Positions 1 through 13,489 of a stretch of DNA of 64,000 nucleotides are shown here, one piece after another; the first letter of the stretch is position 1; each line of letters starts with the position of its first letter. Origin of the DNA: Octopus sinensis (Eukaryota); contig NC_042999.1 in assembly GCF_006345805.1 (NCBI RefSeq), forward strand, positions 38,998,001 to 39,062,000, in the 5' to 3' direction. Made by a program: the position numbers and the translations under genes. The notes beneath the pieces are model-generated. The model was not told the DNA's origin, ran no database searches, and saw nothing but the letters and a program-made list of their open reading frames with translations.

Positions 1-11
1 TAGCATATCTC

Positions 12-16
<5 letters not shown>

Positions 17-90
<74 letters not shown>
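17..90. repeat. (TA)n microsatellite
   Basis: Direct reading of a TA dinucleotide array. Confidence 0.95.
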
Positions 91-94
<4 letters not shown>

Positions 95-1037
95 ATACAG
101 AGAGAAAAAGAAAGAGAGAGAGGAAGATTTATGCTTGCATATAATTATATATGTATTTATGTTTGCGCGTAGATGCAGATACGTTTGTGTTTGTGTATAT
201 AAGTATGTATGTGTGCATTCATATATATTTTACGTTTTAATTGTATGTTAGTGGATAACACTTTTAAATATAAATGCTATTTTAAATCCTCACCAGGGTT
301 CCTATCCAGCATATAAGTAGGATTCGTATTCACGAGCTTGTCTCTTGCTGTTGGTGCAACAATATTCACTAATTGCATTCATCCAATGATTGCTATTAGT
401 TATGACTCGACACGTACAGAGAAATGGCAATTGGTTGTACAATCAAATTCCTTTTGCTTTTAATATCATTATACGAATTTATTTAGACTTGTTTACAGTG
501 TCAACATAGCAATGAATAATTTTAATTGCATCAATTCATTCCGATGGACTAGGGTTGATCTAGTCAGAGCTAAATTTATATTGATGTTGTAATCATAGGT
601 TTGCTGTATTTTGTATTTTGTTATACTCTGCCTTAGCTGAAATGTAGTAAATGCAATCGTTGTTGTTGTTGTTACTGTAGTGAATAATACGGTTATTACA
701 GACATTTTCTTTCCTATTTACAATTGTTTTATTTTTTTACGTGTATTTTATACACTTTAACCACATTTATCTTGATTTTTATTTGGCTTATTTCTTAACG
801 TATTTTGAACTACTCTCGTTAAAAAAAATTTTAAATATGCAAATATATTGAGCACAAATTTTTTATTGGGTTGTTACATTTTATTTCATTTATATTCATA
901 TAAATATTTTTTATAAAGTTAGGTTTATACTAAACACTGGTTTGAATATTTTTCTTAAATGTCAATAAATTATAGAGGTTGCAAATTCCAATTCTGAAAA
1001 GTAAATGACATCTTGTAAGAATCACGTGCATACTTAC

Positions 1038-1145
1038 CCATTTAAACATGGTGTTATATATAGGCGTCAGCAATATCGTGCGATTCACCAAATATGCTAC
1101 AGACACTAGAAATAATATCAATGGTTGATACATATTAGCATATAT
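1038..1145 (-). CDS. Candidate internal exon of an unidentified host gene (IYANMYQPLILFLVSVAYLVNRTILLTPIYNTMFKW, hydrophobic)
   Basis: 108-nt open frame bounded by ...attctcaacAG and GTAAGT on the minus strand; phase 0-0. No homology recognised. Confidence 0.3.
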
Positions 1146-1276
1146 CTGTTGAGAATTTCAATAAAGTTCCATATATGTAGGTAAATTAAATATCGTAAGG
1201 ACCATATGTGGTTATGTGCATACGCCCGTTTCTGTATTTATAGATAGATACACAGATAGAGAAACTGGCCTATCAA

Positions 1277-1305
1277 TAGATAGATAGATAGATAGATAGA
1301 TAGAC

Positions 1306-1384
<79 letters not shown>

Positions 1385-1387
1385 GAG
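1277..1387. repeat. (TAGA)n microsatellite with no LINE inserted
   Basis: Direct reading. Confidence 0.95.
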
Positions 1388-1814
1388 ATACATACATGCA
1401 TGCATGCATACATACATAGACAGATAGATAGGTAGATGGGTAGATAGATAGAGAGATAGATAAATAGACGGGCAGGCAGACACATATGCTTGAATGACTT
1501 TGTACATATATGTATCTATATATGTATGCCATGATGTGTGTGATGTTATGCAGGAATACATAATCTTATATTCTTTATATAGGTTTATTTCATACAAATA
1601 TATGTGCGTTTGTGTGTGTGTGAGTGTGTATAAAAAGAACAAAATATATATTTCAATAGGTAAAAATGAGTTTTTAGAATTGTTATATTATCTTTCATAT
1701 AATGGTTTATGCATTATTATTATATGCATATTTTGCGAACCTAAACCAACCGTAGCTTATGTTTCAAATAATCCTTCTAAAGCATCATTTTCAAATATTA
1801 CAACTACTATTATT

Positions 1815-2840
1815 GTTTAGCGGTACTTCGTCCGTAGCTCTTCGTTCGTTGTAACTCCTTTATGACATTCTGCTGGTCAAGATTATCATTCAATGTTTCT
1901 GTCATTTTTTCCTTTGATAAATGTAGCTTTTGAATATTTATTGAGGCCGAATTGCACCCTGATGTTATCATAGAATTATTTAACAATTGCTAGTAAGACC
2001 TGTAGTGGTTCGCCATTTTTTGCAAAGATCTTTAAATCGTGTATGTGAATGAGACGATTTATAGTTTTATCAAACATTTTGTATCTGTATTGTAAGTCAT
2101 CTAGCAATTTCGAGAGAGTCAGTAAGGCTAGATAAAAGAGGAGTGCTGATAGAGAGTCACACTGGAAAATGCCACATAAACTTATTACATCTTCAGCATT
2201 GAGAGATTCATTGTCACTGTTCAAAGTCAGTGTGGTTCACCATGATCTCATACTTGCAGACAAGAAGTTTCGCGGAGTAAGTGGTATGTTATACATTTCC
2301 ACACATTTCTTAATACACCTATGTGGCAGACTATCAAAAGTTTTTTCATAGTCTATCCTGGCTAGATTTTATGTCGTTTGTGACAATCTTCTAAGATCAT
2401 CTTATTGATGAGTAGCTGATCTTTACAACCATAGGACCTACGTTTACCTCCATTTTCTCATTAGGGAATAAGCCACTTTCTATTAAAAAGCTGTAGGTAT
2501 ATTCAGTCAAGAGAGATTTTAGCATTTTATACATTGTTGTTAAGCAGGTTAGAGGCCTATAATGTTTTGGTTCATTTGTTTGTTCATTTTTTGGAAGTAG
2601 GAATGTTACACCATTAACTAGTCAAAAGGGAATCGCTCTAGGTTGTTGCAAAACATTGTTGTAGTATTTTGTTAGCAGTTCATGACCCTATGGGAAGGCA
2701 TTCAACTAGAAGTTAGAAAATGTTATCCTTTCAAGCAGTCTTTCATTTGCGTGACCTCCTGACAGCCTATCTTACGTCCTTCCCACGTTTGCTCTCTTAA
2801 TGTTTTGATTAGAGAATCAAGGAATTTTCAAATTTGAGGT
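1815..2840 (-). pseudogene. Decayed reverse transcriptase of a REL-type (R4/Dong-like) non-LTR retrotransposon
   Basis: Minus-strand motifs VTFLLPKNEQTNEPKHYRPLTCLTTMYK, YGCKDQLLINKMIL, DYEKTFDSLPH, GIFQCDSLSALLF and INRLIHIHDLKIFAK (degenerate DD), with stops and frameshifts. Confidence 0.8.
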
Positions 2841-2848
2841 CATGATAG

Positions 2849-3455
<607 letters not shown>

Positions 3456-3550
<95 letters not shown>

Positions 3551-3576
3551 GTCTGTCTGTCTGTCTGTCCATCAAT

Positions 3577-3616
<40 letters not shown>

Positions 3617-3662
3617 ATATCTATCTATTTATCTATCTATCTGTCTATCTATCTATCTATCT
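3456..3662. repeat. (ATCT)n/(GTCT)n array between LINE copies 1 and 2
   Basis: Direct reading. Confidence 0.95.
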
Positions 3663-4827
3663 TCTCCATGACCGAACTGCAGTCGTGGATCAAAAAGAGG
3701 CCGAGGAAGGGCGAGTGGCACCGCGAGTGTCGCGTTGCTCTCAAGCAACTCTGCCGTCCTGGGTCGACCTTAAGTGACTTCAACACAACCAAAGCATTCT
3801 ATAGGGGTTTAGTGGAGGGGAGGTACGACGACGAGCTCGGGGCGAACCTGGACGTCGACGAGGAGTACCTGACCCGCCTGTTCGGGACGACTTTCGGGCC
3901 AGGGCTCATGGACAACTTCCAGAGATCCCTGGCCTGGCAGTGCTACCGAGAAGCGCTACCCGTTCGGGATAAGCTCTACAGACACGGCTCGAGAAACACG
4001 GGGCCGACCTGCCCGAGATGCGGTCAGAGCGACGAAACCGTTCTGCACGCACTCGTTCAGTGTCCAACAATATCCGACCTGTGGGCTTATGTCGAACAAC
4101 TGCTGTCACGTGTGGGACGAGTCGGTTTATCAGCTGAGTCTATCGTCAATATTATCACGCCTCCTTCCTTCAAACGGGAAGGAAGAGCTATTTTCATCAT
4201 CCTTGTGGCTATGGCGAAAGAATGTATCTGGTGGACGCGCCTGAAAGGATTGGAGACAAACACTTTCCTCTCTGGTCAATCTCTCATCAACTTCTTCAAG
4301 TACCACTTGAAAAGGAAAGTGAGAGTAGAGAGGCAAGTTTTGTCTAGCGAATGTTTTAAAAAAAGATGGGTGAATGTAGCAAGAATGGCACGTATGAATG
4401 ACGAAGCCACCTTGAGCATAGTCCTATGAACCCAGAAATCGAAAACAGAGAGTTGCTTATTTGCAAAAAAAAAAAAAAAAAAAAAAAAATAATATAAAAT
4501 GTGACTTCATTGACCGAGGTTACCGTGGTCTTTTCCGCAGGCTTTTCTTTCCACGGGTAAACCTCACCTGTCCTCCCCTTTACACTTCATATTGACATTT
4601 CTGTGATAACGATCCCTATTGATCATTTTTTTTTCCTCTCCCCCCCCCTTTTTTTTTTTTTTTTTTTAACCCCCCTTATTTTTGTCCTCTTTCTCTCCTT
4701 TTACGATCCCTTTTGATCGAACCTCCCCCTTCCTTTTTTTTTTTTTTTTTTAATACCTTCAAAAGAAAAGCTCTACCTTGTAATTTGTTCTAACTGTGTG
4801 CAGCCCTGTGTGGCTAATAAAGAAACA

Positions 4828-4828
<1 letters not shown>
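3663..4828 (+). mobile_element. 5'-truncated L1-clade/Tx1-like LINE, copy 2 (ORF2 C-terminus with zf-RVT-type CCHC, plus 3' UTR)
   Basis: Open frame 3668-4429 containing [19 protein letters not shown]; homologous to 61243-62402; both ends in (ATCT)n. Confidence 0.93.
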
Positions 4829-4904
<76 letters not shown>

Positions 4905-4945
4905 GACTGTCTGTCTATCTGTCTGTCTGTTTGTCTATCTATCTA
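4829..4945. repeat. (ATCT)n array, 3' flank of copy 2
   Basis: Direct reading. Confidence 0.95.
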
Positions 4946-6241
4946 ACTATGTATCAGTATGAATAAGTAATGCATATCTGCATTTGGCACAGCCATGACT
5001 TGGAAAATATTATAACTTAGTAACATACAACTTGCCACAGCGCATCATCTCTGGAATGAGAGTTTGGAAGTTAGAGTTTGTTCGTAAATGTGCATTGATG
5101 TGGAGTGTATTTTGAGGTAGGTAACGTGCAGCACAGTTAAAAAACATACCTCACTGAAACAGAGAAGGAGCCTCCTTGTCCACAAATTGAATCTTTTATA
5201 TTCTTAACCCCAATATATATATATATATGTGTGTGTGTGTGTATGTGTGTGTGTGCCTCTGTGTATGTATTTATGGCTACCCTGCTGGCTCGATGGATGG
5301 ATGAGTGACTTGGCGGATCGTTGGCTAGATGGATATATGCATACATATTTTTGTCAGTAGAATATGAATTATTTTACCATGTTAAAAGTGAAATTTCAAA
5401 GTTAGTTGCGTTTTATTTTTTATGAAACAAGAAACTTCACTTTAGCCTTTTAATATTCAAGGGATTTATCTTAGTGTTTCCAGATGTCATAAATTGAGCA
5501 TGATATTATTCGTTATAATATAAGAATGCCAATCTGTCATAATTTATGTGCTTGACGAGACATTCTCGTGACAAGATTCAATATAAAATGAATGGAGAAA
5601 AAATCGCAGTGGTTATATAACTATACAAGCCTCCGTAGATAAATCATTTAAATGTACAACTACGTTTGATAAATGAATCTTACTATGTAAATTCGCTAAA
5701 TAAGGAGGAAATATAGAAAAAACAAACAACTGACATAATATATAAAACCCATTTCATAATCACAAGACATATATGATAGTTAATGAATTCTGCCTTGAAA
5801 TATTGTTTAGCTTTCGTATGTGATATCAATGTTATTTTGTTTCCCCAGCAAATTCATATATTGAATGTGATTTTCCATTCGCTGTTCTATTTCCGCTTTA
5901 ATATGTCATTTGTATTCATACTGTAGGTTCTCTCTTCTGTTATAATTATAAGAGAAAGTGAAAATGCTTTCTTAGAAACAACAGCTATTAATCATATTCA
6001 TTTTGCTGGAAATATTTATGTCCCCCTCTTAATCTTCGCATCATTATTTGCGTAATATTCACCCTTTAGATATGCTACATGCAATGCAAGCAAATTATAC
6101 CTATATATATATAGTTCTTGGCAGTTTTACTGAAAACCTGTCTTAGATATTACCTTTTACATAAACACGCTTAAAATCACTGAAGCAGTTCTAGGTAATA
6201 CGCTGCCGCACGGAGGGTTAATGACATAGAAGATAAACACA

Positions 6242-6269
6242 AATAATAATAATAATGATAATAATAATA

Positions 6270-6337
<68 letters not shown>

Positions 6338-6355
6338 TAATAATAATAATAATAA
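6242..6355. repeat. (AAT)n microsatellite
   Basis: Direct reading. Confidence 0.95.
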
Positions 6356-6752
6356 TCTCCATCACATTTACATCATTCTGTCAAATTGCACTGTATTCTA
6401 TATACTGACTGCTCCATTATTGTCATAGATTGAATAATGGAACGCTGTTTTCTTTTCTTTTCTAATTCTCATTTCAGAATCTTCCTAGAGCACTTGCTAA
6501 CGCAACGTTGAATAGTGCTGAAAATGACAGTATTTTATACATTCAATGCTGCTTGAGTGCTATTTGGTTATCTGCATATAAATATTGTTTCCATTAGCAA
6601 GCAAATAGCTTAACAAGAACATGAATTTTCTCAGACATGGATGAATGAAAATAATGTATATTAACAACGTACGTTAATCCCTTTTCCGGCATTTCTTCAA
6701 CTATTACTTTCACAAATATTATTCTCTGTATTATTATTATTAGCATTTAGAA

Positions 6753-6970
6753 AGCAGCAAGCTCACAGAATCGTTAGCACGCTGGAGAAATCGCTTAGCC
6801 GCATTTAGTCCGTCTACAAGCTCTGATTTCAAATTCTACCGAGGTCGACTTTGCCTTTTATGCTTTCGGGATCGAGAAATTAAGTACCAGTGAAACACTG
6901 GGGTCGATGTAATCGAATAGACTCCCCCAAAAGTTCAGGCTCTATGCCTTTAGTAGAAATGGTTATTATT
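6753..6970 (+). mobile_element. tRNA-derived octopus SINE, family with the gaggtcgactttgcc...gggtcgatgtaatcgac body
   Basis: Similar to copies at 27247, 39530, 42098 and 57001. Confidence 0.8.
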
Positions 6971-7431
6971 ATTCGCTAGCACTCCGGGCAAAATGATCTG
7001 TGGTATTTCATCCGCCTGTACGTTCTCGGTGTAAATATCAGTATTTCATCGCTAAAATAAGTACGAATTGAAAACTGCACTACTCGAGTCGTTTAATTCA
7101 GAAATGTTACCAGATATTTCCAAGACTGAAACAGCACTGTTACAGTGAGTTCGATATAATAAACTCAAAAGAATCAGGGCAAAAATGTATCAAAGTATTC
7201 ATGATTACATCTGTTAGCGCAAATATTGGCAAAATAGTAATCATACATCCAGCATTAGAAGGAAGATCTTGGTGGGTGCAGAAACTATACCAACACCCGA
7301 TGATAATTGTCCGGAATTTAGATGAACCAAATTTCTTCATCACTTTGGTCTGTAATCCCAAAATGGAAATATTCACAAAAGGAACTTTTTCAAAGTCAGA
7401 CACTGGCTGGCAGACCAGACGTGATTGCAAT

Positions 7432-7817
7432 ATTTTACTTGTTTCAGTCATTTGACTGCGGCCATGCTGGAGCACCGCCTTTAATCGAGCAACTCGACCC
7501 CGGCACTTATTCTTTGTAAGCCCAGTACTTAGTCCATCGGTCTGTTTTGCCGAACCACTAAGTGACGGGGACATAAACACACCAGCATTGGTTGTCAAGC
7601 AATGCTAGGGGGACAAACACAGACACACAAATACACACACATATATATATATACATATATACGACGAGTTTCTTTCGGTTTCTGTCTACCAAATCCACTC
7701 ACAAGGCTTTGGTCGGCGCGAGGCTATAGTAGAAGACACTTGCCCAAGGTGCCACGCAGTGGCAATGAACCCAGAACCATGTGGTTGGTAAACAAGCTAC
7801 TTACCACACAGTCACTT
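7432..7817 (-). mobile_element. tRNA-derived octopus SINE (family ending ...ggccgcagtcaaatgactgaaacaagtaaaa) inserted in the Helitron
   Basis: Homologous to 19005-19374; tRNA-like head on the minus strand; internal TA/CA tract. Confidence 0.88.
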
Positions 7818-8481
7818 CTATCATATTTCCCTAACATGACATTTTGGAGACAAACTTTGTGAGAGAACTTTTATGGTACATGATGGCTACAGAGTTTCTA
7901 ACGTTTCAAACCCCATTGTCATATTAATAAAACAAGACACAAAAAATATAGTTAGATCCAGAACATAATGATAGATTTGTTTATGTAGAACATACAAATC
8001 CACAAACACAAAACTAATTCTATTTCAAAATGTCACGAAAGTCATACTACATGGTCCATGCGGGGAAGGTAAATCCAATGGAAAATGCTTAGTAGATGGG
8101 AAATGTAAAAAAAAAAACATTTCCCAAAAGAATCTCAGGAAAGTATATTATGCAGTTATAATGGCTATCCACTTTAATGATGTTGAAATGATGTATCTGC
8201 TTTTACAAAGTCAGATATGGAAGCGATTTAATGTAGGGATATGTACATTTGTAAAAATTAGCTAAATATATTAGCAAATACATTTATGAAGATCATGATC
8301 AGGTGACTGTCAATGCATAAGTTGACAAACAGAAACACAAAAAAGAAATTGAAAGATATATCTATGGCCACTATATATGCTCACCAGAGGCAGTTTGGAG
8401 GATTTGGGGCTTCAAATTAGATAGTACAATCTAACAGCCTACTGTTTATTTACCCCAGCAGCATTACACTTAATTTCATTT

Positions 8482-8507
8482 TGATGATGATGATGATGAT
8501 AATGATA

Positions 8508-8549
<42 letters not shown>

Positions 8550-8577
8550 GTATTGGTGGTGGTGGTGGTGGTGGTAG
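8482..8577. repeat. (GAT)n-(GGT)n microsatellite within the Helitron
   Basis: Direct reading. Confidence 0.95.
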
Positions 8578-11500
8578 TTAACACATTAATTAGTTCACCT
8601 TCACTGAATTCACCAGTTAAGTCACTTGCACGTTTCCCTAAATTACGCACACGGAATAATACTGCATAAATGTGGCATCTAAGAAAACATAATACACACG
8701 CAATTGAGTCTATCTACTTTGTTTCAGGAAAGAACAGTACCATTCTGAGAGCTTTATTGCATCATAGTCCTGGAGCTACATCATTTGAAGATATTACAGC
8801 TTTTAGTGGTGTAGTTGGCTACACTTACAAAAAAACTTCAATAAATCTGGGTTTAGCATATGATGAGAGTGAATGTTATCAAACTATGCCGTTTGAAACA
8901 GCAGCTCCATTTAAACTCCAAAGACATTACTGCTCTGACAAACAATGTCCATCATTTGTAAAGCAACTTTCAGAAAATCAAATGCCTGCTTTAGAAGTGG
9001 AATGTATCTGAGATAGCATACTACAACATACATTACAAAAAAAATTACATTATCATAAGAGAAAATAGTCCAGCATTAAACAATACCTTCCCTCAAAGAT
9101 GAGAACACCAAACAGGAATATTATCAACATCCATACAGGGAACGCATTCATTTTGCAAGATCTCAGAATTTTTCCACAGAATGAACCAAGCAGTTGCTTT
9201 AATGATAAGGTCAACAAACGGAATTGTGAACAGCTGTTAGCATTTCAGATCATTAAAAGGTAATTCACAATCCAAACGCAGATATTCAGTCACAAGTGTC
9301 TCACTTCTAAAACTTTGCTTATTGTTGGGCCGGGTAGATTAGCTCTCCAAATGTTCACAGAAACTAGAAGATTGCAATAACTGCTGCATCATCTATTATA
9401 GCTGCGAATGCTCATTCCACTTTTCCCTAGCCTTCTGTCGAATTACTGGTGCCACCTGTTTTGTATCCTCACAGTGACGAAGAAACATTATTCAGGCTGA
9501 TGATATAATTTGGGATGTATTACCACATGCCTCACCGTTTCCTACCAGAGATATTGGATAGATTATTAAGAGATGTTACTAAAACAGTTCACCTCAGGCT
9601 TGAATATCTTCGCTTTGGCGAAAAATTAATACCTTTTGGTAGGGATTTTCAACAAATATTAATTGTCATTAAACATGGAGCAGACAACAGATAGTTGGCA
9701 GCAGACTTACTAAATCATCTTTATGGAAGCATGTACAAAATAAATATTCAGCAGGCCGAAAATATGCGACTATAATTATATGCACAGAATTCAGTCCGAA
9801 AACAACGAAATTCAGTTCAACTAATTTCTGCTTTCTGTAGGCAATGGTTCTGAAATAGAAGAAGCAAACGGTAGAATTATTATACCCCAGTACTGTAACA
9901 TTATTCATGGTTTCAATGGCGTCATTTCCTCGCTTTTCAATAGAAATGTCATACAGGGAGGTATTGCATGTCCTTTTAGCACCCAAAAATATTGAGTTGA
10001 TGTCATCTATAAAAGTATACAGCAACTCTTTCCAGGAGATGACAAGGTTCTCTTTATTGATGATCAATGATTGCATCAGGATGACACTTCGTACTTCACT
10101 ACAGTGTACTTAAATACGCTAAGTATTTGAGGCTTACCGTCACACATATAAAAATTAAACACAGACGTAACACTAATTATTCTCTTATTTGCAACTGACC
10201 TGAATAATGGCATTTCTAATACGTACGTCTAAGACATTCAAAGAAATGTCATTGAAGCAAAAATTATCAATGAAGTGCCACATCACAGAAAAAACTGTAT
10301 TTATTTCAAGAGTTATCCTTTCCGCAGTATGTGAAGAGTTATCGTTTACATTAACTAGACAAGAGTTTCCTATTAGATTAGATTAGCGATTGCAATGACA
10401 ATCAATAAATGACAAAGACAAACATTTATAAAACTTGCTTTGTATTTACCAAAGATCAAACTCACACATACTCACGCAATAATATGTTGCTTTCTCTAGA
10501 GTATTCACAGAGCTTCCATTATTGAAAATATATGTATTCCAAACGACAAACATTCCACTAAGAATATTGTTTACAAGGAAGGTCTCGTTCAGAGAGACTT
10601 CTGGCAATGGAACCAACAATACAGATTTCAGTCATACTCGGCACCAAACAGCATTTATCTACACATCAAACTTGGGATCATTTACACACGAATTACAAAA
10701 TATGAAAACAACCAAACAATCATTGAAACAGCGTGGAAAGAATTAAAAATTTGAAAGTAGTTCACTTTATTGTTAGCTGTTATAAGGCAATTTGAACTAT
10801 GTAATATTCGAGAATATTAAAATATAAACCCCTCTTTACAGGCCATTCTTTCATTCATTCTTTTTTCCCAACTGGGATAACCGTATGTACCTATGTCCCT
10901 CTTAAGTTCTTCCCTCTTCCTTTTTTGGCATTTCTTTCCTAACTGAAATAATATTTATTTCCTCTAAAGCAAGACACTTATCTTTATTCTCCACTCAAGC
11001 CGTATTTCTTGAAAGTTTCTTGTGCTGGGGCAATGTAAAAAAACATTGGTATTAGTTCCATGTTAAATGCACCCAGCCCGTTTTATAAAGTGATTGGCAC
11101 TAGGAGGAACATCCAGCCTAAGAAACAATGCTACCATGCTGGTGCCACATCAACAATTATCATAGTGCATTCTACAAAGTGACTGTTATTAGGAAGGTCA
11201 TCCAATCACAAACGCCATGCCAATTCATACATTAGAGCATGATGTAATCTTCTCTGTTGCCAGCTCCTATCAAACTATTCATTCTATACCAGCACAGACA
11301 ACATACGTTAAATGATGATAATGACGGACTTCAATTGAGGATATATAAATTACATAATCAATAATGAAATCATACTGATGTAATAACTATCTTAATATGA
11401 TCAACCCCATAAAAACAAAAAAAAGACATTCAACAGAAACATGACAAACAGTAATGATATGCAACAATATATACAAAAACAAATATTTATCCAGGAACAT

Positions 11501-12049
11501 ATATAAATATATATATATATTTTACTTCACGTTCAGTAACTATTTCAAATTTAACAGTTTCTTTCAAAATTAATATTGCTTCATTTACGTTCATTAACAC
11601 TTTCAGATAGTGAATAAATGTTTATCCAATAACTGAAAGAACAAACAATACAAATACATCAGAACCATTATGAAGTTACAAGACGTGCAGAGCATCATTT
11701 GTAGGATTTTCCTATGACATGCACATGATGGACTCACCAAAATGTCTGGAATAACCTGGAGATTATACCTTAATCTAAGTATACCCACGCTTAACATGTA
11801 ATAGATGCACTAACAATATACATCAAAAATATACTCAGTAAAAATGTCCAGTATACTTGAATAATGCACATATCATTCTTTTCAATATTAGCTAAATATC
11901 CCTTAAACCACGCCCAACGTTTCAAACAGATACTCTACTTATACTATCGTTCTTTGAACCTGCAAGCCAAATGTATATTTATGTATATACACTATAAAAA
12001 TATATGACAGAAAGATATGTTGTCGTAAAAATAGCGTGTCTGTGTTGGT

Positions 12050-12179
12050 ATATATATATACATATATATATATGTGTGTGTGTGTGTGTATGTATGTATG
12101 CATGTATATGTATATGCATATATATATGTGTGTGTGTGTATCTATGTGTATATATATGTATGTGTACGTATATATATTT

Positions 12180-12265
<86 letters not shown>

Positions 12266-12280
12266 AAGATAGATAGATAT
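12050..12280. repeat. Compound TA/TG/TC/GA microsatellite
   Basis: Direct reading. Confidence 0.9.
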
Positions 12281-12599
12281 ACAGACAGGCATGTGCTGGA
12301 AGTCAACTCGTGACCGAATAAATCTATTTCCTGAAGAGTAAGTGAACTTATTCTGTGCAAACGTTTCAAGAATGCTAAACATTTCCCTGCGGGCATTTGT
12401 TTTGAGTAAGCAAATTTCACTCAGCAAGTGCACTCATTCTTCGGACCAATCGCCTTTAAAACCAAGGTCACAAGAGAAGTTGTGATGTCCACTCTCCTTC
12501 TACACTTCCATTTTTTTTTCAAATACGAAATTACCTTTTCCGAGATGGACGTTCTAACACGAACTAGGAGTTCACTCCAATTGGGGCAGGTAGTCAACA

Positions 12600-13480
12600 A
12601 AGGCATCCAATTACCGGATGACCAGACATTAAAATCATTGAAAGGATAAGAAAGTTATAAGTATCTAGGTGTTTTGGAATCTGACAAACTACTAACTATA
12701 GAAATGAAAACGAAAATTGAGGAGTACATCAGAAGTGTGAGAATGCTAATGAAGTCGAAGCTAAGTCAATCTAGTGAAGGCTGTAAATACTTGGGCAGTA
12801 TCATTACTTAGATAATCAGCAGCTTTTGCACATTGGAGGAAAAACTGAGTTAGGAAAGCTAGACAGGGGAATTAGGAAGGGATTCGATATAAATGGAGGA
12901 TTCCACACATGAACATGAGCAGCATGATTATATGTACCTAGGAAGGAAGGCAGAAGAAGATATTAGCTAGAGTAGATATGGACCTCTACGTAGGTAATAG
13001 CGAAGAAAGTTTATTAAAAGCTGCTAGAGTCATAGCAAAGCATATGTAGGGAAACCAAAAACTCAAACGAAGTAAAAAAAAACAAAAATGATGACAACTA
13101 TTTCAAACCCAAATAACGGTATGAGTGGGAAGACTCACATGGATGCTCAGAACAGCAGATCTCTCGCGCCCTCAGAGGGTAATGGAGTGGAAAACCAAAC
13201 TCTACACAGTTGTAGTCCATTTACTGGCCAAAATATGCAACGTGATCGCAACGCAAGTGGTTTGCTGACATGAACAAAAAGGCAATTAAGTGTTATGAAG
13301 ATGTCTTGCTAGACAAGAACACTGGCAAATATAAAATTGACGGAAAAAAGATCATTAGAATTTTGGAACCAGTTTGGTATGTTCCAGATTACTAAATATG
13401 GGCTCATGAATCAGATATGAATAATTCGGCTGTCTTAATGAAGCCCAGATTCAGACAATCAAGAAAACCCTCCGTATTGA
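12600..13480 (+). pseudogene. Decayed RT thumb to C-terminal region of a REL-type LINE
   Basis: SYKYLGVLESDK and AVNTWAVSLLR motifs; many stops and frameshifts. Confidence 0.65.
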
Positions 13481-13489
13481 TGATAACAC

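Larger units (their letters stand above)
7140..10520 (+). pseudogene. Fossil Helitron Rep-helicase (RepHel), interrupted by a SINE and a microsatellite
   Basis: Ordered degenerate motifs: QKLYQHPMIIVRNLDEPNFFITLVCNPK (Rep), HGPCGEGK...CLVDGKCK, KYISKYIYEDHD, EIERYIYGHYICSPEAVWRIWGF, LRALLHHSPGATSFED; then PIF1-like DFQQILIVI, LAPKN, FPIRL...AMTINK*QRQT, YVAFSR. Confidence 0.88.

Noticed and set aside
290-380. LDRNPG followed by a GT donor, reminiscent of pecanex
   Set aside because: Only six residues match, the upstream sequence does not, and there is no good acceptor
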